The notes under the pieces were generated by a model, which saw nothing but the letters and a program-made list of their open reading frames with translations, searched no databases and had not been told where the DNA came from. DNA of 64,000 bases from Octopus bimaculoides (Eukaryota), in assembly GCF_001194135.2 (NCBI RefSeq), contig NC_068990.1:44895743-44959742 (forward strand), given 5' to 3'. Within the stretch, counting starts at the first letter, position 1; each line of letters begins with the position of its first letter. The position numbers were made by a program, and so were the translations under genes. This document shows, in pieces, positions 27,225 through 38,700 of the stretch.

Positions 27225-28509
27225 TTAAGAGACAGTAGACAAAACTGCTGTTAGTGTCAAGATGACAGTTAATTTTAATTAAGATAGGTACTTGTTATTC
27301 ATACTAGAAAGTTTTATGACGAGAAGAAATTACTACAAATATTGATGTGAGTAGATCACCTCCTCCTCCAATTTTCCTTTACCTTCCCAAAAACTGAGAT
27401 TCACCAGTATCTACACCCTGACCCATTTTCACCATTCACAGCATTCACTTCTTTCCTCATTTCTACTGTCTTGTCACTCTTCTTTCACACTCTTGCAAAC
27501 CTACCCATCTAGCTACCCTTGATTCTCTTCTCATATTCTATTTTCTTTCCACCTTATTTCTTAAGGGTACACCATGACTATCTTTTCTCATTATCACCAT
27601 TCTTTCTCCTTTTCCTACAGGGGCAACTATCTATCTCCTCTACAGCAATTTAACCTCTCTAAACCTGGAACAAAGCCACCTCCCTCAATACCACATCCAA
27701 CTCTGTCAAGAGATCTTGCCTTGCAAATAACTCGGTGACCTCACTAGTACTAGTACCATGGAAAAAGCATCTAGTAGACTCTGTAAAGTGGTTGATATTA
27801 TGAAGGGCATCCAGCCATAGGAAACTTTGCCAAAGCAGATAATGGAGCTTAATGCAGTCTTCTGGTTTATTAGATCCTGTTGAACTGTCCAACCAATAGC
27901 AGTAAGAATACAGACATTAAATGATAATGGTGATGACAGAAATTGGAGAGATGCATTTATGACACTTTGCCACTTCACTATATTCCTTTATCCAATCCCA
28001 ATTATCAAATGATGCTATAGTTTAATGCAGTTTATACCAGATTTCCAGGAATTCCCTTTAAAACATGCCTGTCTTCCTGCCAGGATCAAATGGCAGTCTA
28101 TTACAATACGTGCTTGTTTCTTTAAGTGTGTATGCAAACTTTCTTTTGTCTATTACTTAGGAACGAAGGCCAATGCCCATGGCTCTTTTCAGGATCTCCA
28201 AGCACCAAGCATGGTTGGCAGGGCAATGCTCAAATACTTAAGCCTATGAGATAATGCATGACCAATTCAAAACTATGTGAATAAACAAATATTACATTTG
28301 ACAGAGTAATCTGAATGCTAAAGGATCAAAAAGAAAAAAATCTATTTCCACATACAATGACTAAAGTACCATGGATCACAAAATCACAACAGTATAACTC
28401 TAGATGGACTTACCATTTCAGAAACTAAATCTTCTAATTCAACCCAAACAGTAATACAATTTGTCACAATAATTAAAAACATCTGAACTAGATTCAAATT
28501 AATCAACAA

Positions 28510-28515
28510 TTTATT
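28510..28515 (-). terminator. Candidate LTV1 polyadenylation signal AATAAA
   Basis: Plus-strand tttatt about 20 nt past the stop codon. Position is plausible; no transcript evidence available. Confidence 0.45.
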
Positions 28516-28535
28516 TACAAACTTACAAAAACATA

Positions 28536-28649
28536 TTAAGCTATGCTAACAGATTTCATATTTTTCTGCATGGCTATTACTTCTGCCTCTCGTTTCCGTT
28601 TAGCCTCTTTAAATGCCTGTTGGTTTAGTTTCTTTTCTATTCTTCTCTC
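28536..28649 (-). CDS. LTV1: LTV1 terminal coding exon 11 (114 nt) ERRIEKKLNQQAFKEAKRKREAEVIAMQKNMKSVSIA*
   Basis: gtatttcag| acceptor, ERR.EKK.N..AFK motif, TAA at 28538-28536. Confidence 0.95.
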   Translation of the reverse strand, partial: ERRIEKKLNQQAFKEAKRKREAEVIAMQKNMKSVSIA

Positions 28650-31600
28650 CTGAAATACAAAACAGAATTAAACATTTTTTATTCAGAGTTCAGAAATCAT
28701 ATCCTCCTCCAACCACAATATAAAGCTCAGGGACTGCACAATATAAAGTTGAGGGACTGACCACCACTATTACTGTTTACTTTGATATTGCTGCACTTCT
28801 TATGTGTAGATTGCTTACACTGGGTACATGGAGTTTCTATCTATGCCTTTTCTACAGCCTGAGCAGAGCCATCTACCTGAAGGGATTTGTGGTTTGTCTG
28901 CCTTCCTATTTATTAGGACTTTTGTTTTAGTTAGGTTGACTCTAAGGCCATTCGATTCTAATCCTTGCTTCCACACCTGAAACTTCTACTCTAATTCTGA
29001 TAGTGACTCAGCAATTAGAGCAAGGTCATCAGCATAGAGGAGCTCCCAGGGGCATCCTGTCTTGAATTCCTCTGTTGTTGCCTGGAGGACTATGATAAAT
29101 AGGAGGAGGGTTGAGGACTAAACCTTGGTGGACCCCTACCTCTACCCGGAATTCTTCACTGTTCTCGTTGCCAACCCACACCTTACTGACAGCGTTCCTG
29201 TACATGGCTTGCACAGCTCTCACTCACCATTCATCTATCCCTAGTTTCCTCATTGACCACCAGATAAGGGATCGGGGGACCCTGTCAAAGGCTCTNNNNN
29301 NNNNNAGATAAGGGATCGGGGGACCCTGTCAAAGGCTCTCTCCATGTCAACGAAAGCCAGGTACAGAGGTTTATCTTTGGCTAGGTATTTCTCCTGCAGC
29401 TATATATATGGAGGGAACCTGTGGTAGAGGTAGACCCAGGAAGACACACAACAAGGTGGTGAAACATGATCTTTGAACTTTGGGCCCCACAGAGGCAATG
29501 ACTAGTGACTGAGGCCTTTAGCGATATGCTGTGCTTGGGAAGACCCATTAAGCCAAGTGTAATCATAGTCGTGAATGATGCTGGTGTCATGTAACTGGCA
29601 CCCGTACTGGTGGCACATAAAAAGCACCTTTTGAGCTTTGGGCCTCACAGAGGCAAAATGGCTGAGCTCCTTTCAAGTGTTGGGCCTCATGGAAGCAATG
29701 ACTGAGACCTTTGACATTATGTCATGCTTGAGAAGACCCATCAAGCCAGGTAAAATCACAGTTGTTGCAGATACTGGAGTCGCACAAAAGGCACCCATGC
29801 TGGTGGCACGTAAAAGCACCCATTCCACTCTCAGAGTGGTTGGCGTTAGGAACGGCATCCAGCTGTAGAAATCATACCAAATCAGACTGGAATCTGGTGC
29901 AGCTTGCTAGCCCTGGTCAAACTGTCCAACCCATACCAACATGAACAACGGACATTAAAGAATGATGATGATGATGATATCATCATCATCGTTTAACATC
30001 CGCTATCCATGATACCATGGGTTGGACAATTTGACTGAGGACTGGCAGGCCAGAAGGCTGCACCAGGCTCCAATCTGATCTGGCAGAGTTTCTACAGCTG
30101 GATACCCTTCCTAATGCCAACCACTCCAATAATGTAGTGGGTGCTTTTACGTGCCACCGGCACGAAGGTCAGTCACACAGTACTTGCAACAGCCACGTTC
30201 AAAAAGGTGTTTTTTACGTGCCACCTGCAAGGGAGCCAGTCCAGCAGCACTGGCAACAACCTCGCTTGNNNNNNNNNNNNNNNNNNNNNNNNNNNNNNNN
30301 NNNNNNNNNNNNNNNNNNNNNNNNNNNNNNNNNNNNNNNNNNNNNNNNNNNNNNNNNNNNNNNNNNNNNNNNNNNNNNNNNNNNNNNNNNNNNNNNNNNN
30401 NNNNNNNNNNNNNNNNNNNNNNNNNNNNNNNNNNNNNNNNNNNNNNNNNNNNNNNNNNNNNNNNNNNNNNNNNNNNNNNNNNNNNNNNNNNNNNNNNNNN
30501 NNNNNNNNNNNNNNNNNNNNNNNNNNNNNNNNNNNNNNNNNNNNNNNNNNNNNNNNNNNNNNNNNNNNNNATATATATATATATATAGTTGAAATTTACA
30601 GAAAAACAAAAGACGAAGATAGGTGTATAAACAACAAACAGGTGTATTAGTTTAACACTCAGGAAGGTGATAAAGTCTTTTACGTTTCGAGCCTATACTC
30701 TTCAACAGAAAGGAACACGAGAAAATAAAGAGAGAGAGAATAGAAAAAAACTTTTGGAGCTAGCAGTTAATCATGGCAGCTAGCTGGACAGAGATCCAAA
30801 TTTAGGGAATGGAGTAGATAAAATCTAGGCTTAATATGTTTCATAGCTAGCAGAACCTCGGAAGTAGTAATTATTCAAATAAGGGGTAATCTGCTAGCTC
30901 CTCGTCAGGCCAAAGATACCTTAATCAAATGAAGGTTGCATTGTCATCAAGTGATCCCATGTTGGATTTTTATTTGCATACACAGCAATCCTAGTTGCTA
31001 ACTGTGAACTATAAAATAACTTTTTTCAGCTTATCAAACTTCGATATGGGGAAAATTTACAACCTTCTACGTCAATAAACAACTATTGTTCCTGGAAGTT
31101 GTTTTTATACCTTCTATGGACTACTCAAAGCTTACTAAGTTTCTACACTTTGATCCTTGGATCTTACCTTTACATATTGCTATATATATATATTAGCAAG
31201 GTGGAGGCGCAATGGCCCAGTGATTAGGGCAGCGGACTCGCGGTCATAGGATCACGGTTTCGATTCCCAGACCAGGCATTGTGAGTGTTTATTGAGTGAA
31301 AACACCTAAAGCTTCACAAGGCTCCGGCAGGGGATGGTGGTGAACCCTGCTGTACTCTTTCACCACAACTTTCTCTCACTCTTTCTTCCTGTTTCTGTTG
31401 TACCTGTATTTCAAAGGGCCAGCCTTGTCACACTGTGTCATGCTGAATATCCCCGAGAATTACGTTAAGGGAACACGTGTCTGTGGAGTGCTCAGCCACT
31501 TGCACGTTAATTTCACAAGCAGGCTGTTCCGTTGATCGGATCAACTGGAACCCTCGACGTCATAAGTGACAGAGTGCCAACAACAACAATATTAGCAAGA

Positions 31601-32421
31601 ATGAAATACTTTATAATGACAAGACAGAAGAACAACATAACAAAATAGTTTTTACATTTAATTGAAAACTTACTTTTCTTTGAGCTTTAATGGTTGTCTT
31701 TCGTTCCCTTTTATCTTCTTTACTCTCATTCTTATTTCTCACGGTACTTACAGACATTACAGAGGCAGTTGTGTCATCTTCAAGGTCTTTTAATTTAATT
31801 CCACGTGTATAGAAAACTTCTTCAGGAATACCCATTTTGTTTAATTTAATTTTCCGTTCCTGAATAGAGATGCAGATATATATAAGAAATAAAAGACTTC
31901 ATTGTTAATCCAATCATCATCATCATCGTCATCGATGTCCATTCTCTATGCTGGCATGGGTTGGGCTGTTTGACAGGAGTTGGCCATCTCCATTTGTCCT
32001 TTTGGCATGGGTTCTAATACCAACCACTTTACAGAATGTACTGGTCACTTTTATGTGACACCAGCATGGGTACATTTATGTGGCAAGGGGATGTTTTAGA
32101 AAGTTAATCTGATAAGACTGGTGATTTTGCAGCTTCTTATACCAGTGCTTTATATCACAAAACAACACAAACATATCCAAATTGTCCAATGTCAGAATAC
32201 TTTATCTCTGATTTTTTTCACATTTATAGATTCAAATTAAACATTTTAAGTGCAAGCATAGATGTCTGGTTAAGAAGTTTGGTAAGCAACCATTAGTTTT
32301 GGGTTCATTGGACAAGTTTGTGTAATTTCCCTCAAGCAAGTATCTTCAATTATAGCCCTGGACCAATGAATACCTTGTAAGAGAATTTGGTAAGCAGAAC
32401 TTGTGTGGAAATCTGTCGCGC

Positions 32422-32458
<37 letters not shown>

Positions 32459-32673
32459 NNNNNNNNNNNNNNNNNNNNNNNNNNNNNNNNNNNNNNNNNN
32501 NNNNNNNNNNNNNNNNNNNNNNNNNNNNNNNNNNNNNNNNNNNNNNNNNNNNNNNNNNNNNNNNNNNNNNNNNNNNNNNNNNNNNNNNNNNNNNNNNNNN
32601 NNNNNNNNNNNNNNNNNNNNNNNNNNNNNNNNNNNNNNNNNNNNNNNNNNNNNNNNNNNNNNNNNNNNNGTGC

Positions 32674-32707
<34 letters not shown>

Positions 32708-35700
32708 ACACATACGCATATGCATATTTGTGGGTGTGTGTTTTTCACTACAGCTTATTAATTAGTGTGGGCTTGTTTATATCTCCAGAACTTAGTGGCT
32801 CAGCAAAAAAGACCAACAGAATAAGTACCAGACTTAAAATAATTAGTGGGGTCAATTTGTTCAACTAAACCCTTCAAAACAGTGCCTCACGATGGCTGCA
32901 GTTCAATGATTAAAACAAGTAAAAGATGAAAATTAATTAGCTACTTTAATAATAGATACCTATTATCACACACAAGCATAAATATTATTCCATTCTATTT
33001 TAAGGATACATGATGTTCAATTTTTTAAAACAAGAATATTCATAGTGTGTTGACCCATTTTTAGTTAAATGAAAGTGAGCTGTCATCCTCAGAAAGATTC
33101 AAAAACACTATCTTATATGCTAAAATGGGTTTCCTACAGAGAGGCTTAAATCCAGCCTATACAATGCAACCAAAGCAGCAAACTGACCGATTCATTTCAG
33201 CATCAGATAGGTCACTTCATAGTATTCATCCTGACCCTCTGAGCTCAGTTCAAATACTGCCAAGGTCATTTTGCCTTTATCTTTTTGAAAATCAATAAGC
33301 AATGTACCGGTTATGTATTGGGATTAATTCCTCTGTCTGTCTGTCTCTCTCTCTCTCTAGAAGAAACCAACTGTGGTGAGATCTGAAGAATGATGGTTTA
33401 AAATTGCCCAAGCCATGCCATATGTCATGATAGCATCCCAATAACTCCTTCAACAGTAGAGAGGGCCCAAGGCAATACATGACATATTGCTCAAGGTAGA
33501 TCAAATATTAGTCACACATGGAGAAGAGTGTCTCCTCCATGGCTACAACATTTAAATAAAGCCATTTACCACAATTCAAGTAAAATGTTCATATATCTTT
33601 AGATGGAAATCATAGATGGGAAGTCCACATAGTGGTGAATTCCTCTATTAGATGCTAAATTTAACTAGGTCCTGAACACAGGTTGTATGTGATGGCTGTT
33701 GCATCACAGTCTTCATATATCTGCCTCCATTTAGAACAAAGGTCTGGATCAAATAACAAGACAATTTGAAATGATTGGTTAACTCAAGTACAAGGATTCT
33801 CTCCACAAGAAATAACAGTCAATGGTAGAGCTTGAAATTTCAAAACTCCAGCTAATGTTTGTTTATCAATTATACACAGTTGTTGCTTGCTTGCAACATA
33901 CAGTAACAAGTTATCCAACAAGCCAATGAGGGAGTTGATATGTGATCACTCAACCTAAAATAATAGCCAAACTGCCCTCAAATCACATCCTATTATCTTT
34001 AATCATGGTGGAACAAGAATAGAAATGATAGGGATAAAATAAGATTCAAATTCTTGGTGTCAAAGTCAACCACATGGAAACAGCAGTTTGATAAATTCAT
34101 ATCTGTCAACTGGCAAATATGTCAAAGACAGGTGAAACAAGAGATTGGTTGCTTGAAAAACAAAAAAAAAAAAAAACAAAGAGTGACAAGAAGGGCATCT
34201 GACTGTAAAATAATGCCTAAATATTATACTGCTTAACCCATGCTAACTTGAGAAAATGGGAATAACACAAATGAATGAATGACAGACTTGTTTCCATTTC
34301 CATCTACCTATTCCCTTCACAAGGATTTGATTGGCCTTGAACTATATTAGAAATACTTGACCAAGGTGCTGCACAGTAAGACTGAACCTAAAACCATGAT
34401 TTCGAAGTGAACTTTTTAAACACACAGCCATACTTGTGCCTATGAGCCATGCATTTAAATAATTAATATTAGAAAACTACTTTTAAGTAGCTTTAAAGCT
34501 TTTAAGCCTTTCACTGTGGAACTTTAAAGAGACAGGGATACATCTTGTAAATCTCTTTCGACACAGAAAATATAGGATACTGTTGTGACTTATTTCATGC
34601 TTCATTGGCCACACATCACAGGCCAAGTATCCCACCCCACATTTTTCTGTCCCAAGAGAGAACTTATTGCAAATAATTATTTAAATCAAATGCAAATCAG
34701 TACTTAGCTGCAATGACTACACTAATTTGTGTGCCATGGCAGCATGATTAAATCATATTTATGTACTATATAGTTATAAATTTGTAAGGGTTAAACTGCA
34801 GTTTTATTTCAAATTGTTTCTCTCTCACATATAGCTACACACACAAGAGTAGAAATGGTAATTTACCTTCTTTGGTTCTAATATCAGTTTTGGATGGTTG
34901 TACAAGTTGGAATATGTACCTGCATTGATAAATCAAGAAGTGAACGATTGTTACAATATCATACAATACTTCTAATATAACATGTAATACCAACAATGAG
35001 AGACTGGGGACTGAGAGAGTTAACATCTTATATATTACAATATGTTTTAACATATTATCAGTTATATATTGGGTCATCCCATTAATAATGCAGTTTTTTC
35101 AATTGCTTAAACTAAAACTTGGATGGGGACAAGATAAACTACTTGCATCAACTTGCTATAAAAGCAGGTAGTAATTTTACCTTGTCCTCATTCTTAGTGG
35201 AAGTTTTGAAGAGTGCAGTTCGATTTTAACAGTTATTTTTTCAAAGCTATAATGGAAGTGACAAAGGAGCATATTCAGCATATTTTGCTTTGTGAGTTCA
35301 ATAAAGGCCACAACGCAACAGAAAGTGGGAGGAATATTAATGCAGTATATGGGGATCGGACAATAAGCGTAAGCCAGTGTCAATAGTGGTTCCAGAAATT
35401 CCAAGCCGGAAACTACAGCCTAGAAGAGAAACCTCGTCCTGGAAGATCTGTGGAGCTCGACGAGGACATCCTGCAAACCCTGGTTGAACAAAATCCCATC
35501 ATAACTGTTGAAGAACTAACAGAGAAGCTTCAATTTGTCATTCAACCATTCATTGACACTTGCGTACCATTAGAAAAGTCAGCAAATTTGGTCAATGGGT
35601 TCCTCACATACTTTCCGAGTCTAATCACGTGCAGAGAGTGAATGTGTACTCTTCTCTGCTGTCACATCTCAGAAATGAACCTTTTTTTGGACCAAATAGT

Positions 35701-38700
35701 AACTGGTGACAAGAAATAGGTTCTCTATAAAAATGACAAGCACTGAAGACAGTGGGTAGGGAAAGGAAAAACACCAGCACCCCAGACTACAGAAGGTCTT
35801 CACCCATGTAAAGTGTTGTTATCTGTTTGGTGAGATATGGAAGATTTAGTCCACTTTGAACTTTTAAACCCAAACCAAAAGATAACAAAGGAGATCTACT
35901 GCAAGCAGCTTGAGTGGCTTAAGTCAGCACTAGAAGAAAAACAATCATGTTTGGTTTCAAAACAAAAGGTGTTCTTCCATCAGGATAACGCTCGGCCACA
36001 TACAGTGAGGATGACATTGCCCCATCTAATTATCATTTATTCTGTAGTCTTCAAAATCATTTGGACAGAAAAAAATATGAATTCTGTAGATGTGGTCAGA
36101 ACAGTACTGGAGGAGTATTTTTGATCACGGACAAGTGAATTTTGGAAGAGGGGCCTTGCAAGTCCACCAGATAGATGGAAGAGCATTGTAGAAAATGAAG
36201 GAGAGTATATTTTAGATTAAAAAAGAACTTCATTTATCTTAATTTTGAAAAAATAAAATAAGTATAAAGAAAACGCATTATTTATGGGATGACCCAGTAA
36301 GTGTAACAGAGCAGTAAATTGGCAGAATTAGTAGGGCATCAAGCAAAATACTTTTCTGTATTTAATTATAGCTTTTTACATTCCAAGTTCAAATTATGTT
36401 GAGGTCAACTTTGCTTTTATCTTTCAAGTGTGATAAAATAAAGGAACAGTAAAGTACGGGTTTTGATATAATCAACTACACACCCCCCTCTTCCAAATTT
36501 GATGCAATGTGCATATATAAGAATCAACATGGAGAGAAAGATTATTATATCTTAATATAGTGACATTTCACTTTGATAGCTATGGCTAGTTAACTATTGA
36601 AAGACAGAGGAGAAAGATGAGCAAAAGACACAAGTGAAAGGGTTAGGGCAAATGAGATGAGAGAATAAAAGAAAACACTGGATAGGTTAATGAGAAGAAT
36701 AAGTGTATAACATAATAGGAGAGAATGGTAGAGGAAGGGATAAGAGAGATGAGAAAGGAACAAGAGAATAGGAGAGAGAGAGAATATGAATAACTACAAT
36801 ATTGATGTTGAAGGAGTTCTACTTGCAAGCTGTTCATATTTAGGAGGGAAGAGTGTTGTTTTCTTGATATGTGCAGTGACTGACTGCATCTTTGTTTTGC
36901 CAAAAGTGACAAGATTAATTTAACTAAGACTCTGATATTTCCTGGTGTTTAATATGAAATGTATAACAGGAGTACATAATTCGCTTCCTCAGTCATATGA
37001 AGAGGTTGATATCAGAGAAAGTTTCAGATTATGAAAGAAATCACCTTTCTGGTTCAATCATAATGTGGACTGCAAAATCATGGACTAAAATATGACAGAA
37101 ACCAGAAGACAAAAAACAGAAAAGAAACAGTGGAAGAAAGACAAGTAGAAGACAGGCAAAAGCAGAAGATATATGAAAGAAGAGAGATGAAAGGAGAAGA
37201 CTGGAAAAAGCAGAAGACAGAAACTGAATAAGTGTCAAATTGTTTTGAAGAATGCTGTATCAGTTACTTACTGAGAATAGATTCACAATCCCATTTTTCA
37301 GTTTTCTCCTCAACCTCAATTTCTCCTTCACTTTCAGATGACAAATTCAGATTGTTAACATCGAGAGATGTATTTTTTAAAACTTCATCAAGATTTCTGA
37401 AAATTGCAAATGAAAAATACAATTTATAAAAGGGAAAAAAATATTTTCTTAAAAATACTAAAAATTTTATAAAGCTAAAAACAAACTGAGTGTGTATTCA
37501 ATAGCTCACAATAAGAATATCCGCACACATCATTTGTGTATGTTTATGTAATTGGTTATTGACTCTTCAACATCCCACATCTCTGACATAAAATAATTAA
37601 TAAGTTGATGAAAGACAATTCAATCTAATGAATATTCGATTTTCTTAGTTAATATGATGACACACCTCAGTGTAAGTAAGCTAACTGTGTCATGTATGTA
37701 TTTTGAGAGCTAAGTACTATTCTGTTTTTGGCACTATATTCTCCCTTGCCAAACTCATCAACATCATTGTTTTTGTCCTCTTTTTCTAGGCTCAGAACGG
37801 ACCAATCTGCTAGAGGCAATATTCTAGGGCTAGATGTCCTTTTCAGTACCAAACCTTATTTTGTGTTCAACCAAGATGCTTTATTCTGTCTTCACACACT
37901 GAACCATTACTGGACTATTTTGAGACATAAACACCACCACTACCAAAGTGATGTCAAGCAAAGACAGGCTAACACAAACACACATGTCCACACATCATCA
38001 TCATCTTTGCTTTATGTCAAGTTTCCATGCTGACATGGTTTAGATGAGTCATTTCTGCTCTCCTAGATGGATCAGATGACCACATTTTCCTTATAAGTTT
38101 CGTTTCTCCCTGGGTTTTTATGGCTGGATGTCCTTATATGTGCATAAAGTGCTTCAGTACAGTTTCCATCTACCAATTTCACACGAGGCATTGGTCAACA
38201 CGAAGCTGGAGTAGAAAACACTTGCTCAAAGTGTCATCCAACAATATTTCTTTCAGCTCTTATACATTTAAAGTTCAAATTCTGCCAAGATGAACTCTGC
38301 TTTCCATCTTTCCAGGGCTACCAATTATGTACTGAGGATTAATGCTGTAGACTAACACAACACTCCTCTTAAAATTGCTAGCGTTGCACTTAAATTAGAA
38401 AATGATTATCTTCAGTGTGTGTGAAGACATGCAGCTTAATGGTTAATGTGTTGGACTCATAATTGAAAGGTAGTGAGTTCAATGCCTGGACTAAGAGGTA
38501 CGTTGTGACTTGAATAAGGAAATTTATCTGCTGCTCCAGTCTCCTCAATTGAATTGAGCAGCAGCTGTAGCTAGGATTAACCTTATAATAAACTGGTGAC
38601 CCATTCAGAAAAGAATCTTGTGCTCTTGTATACCACGGAAACTGGGATATACTCCAACCCAAACAAATGAGCCGATAGGCTCAAGACAGACCTTAACCTA

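Noticed and set aside
29262-29339. Exact 34-bp direct repeat
   Set aside because: The two copies flank a 10-N gap; typical scaffolding overlap artefact.
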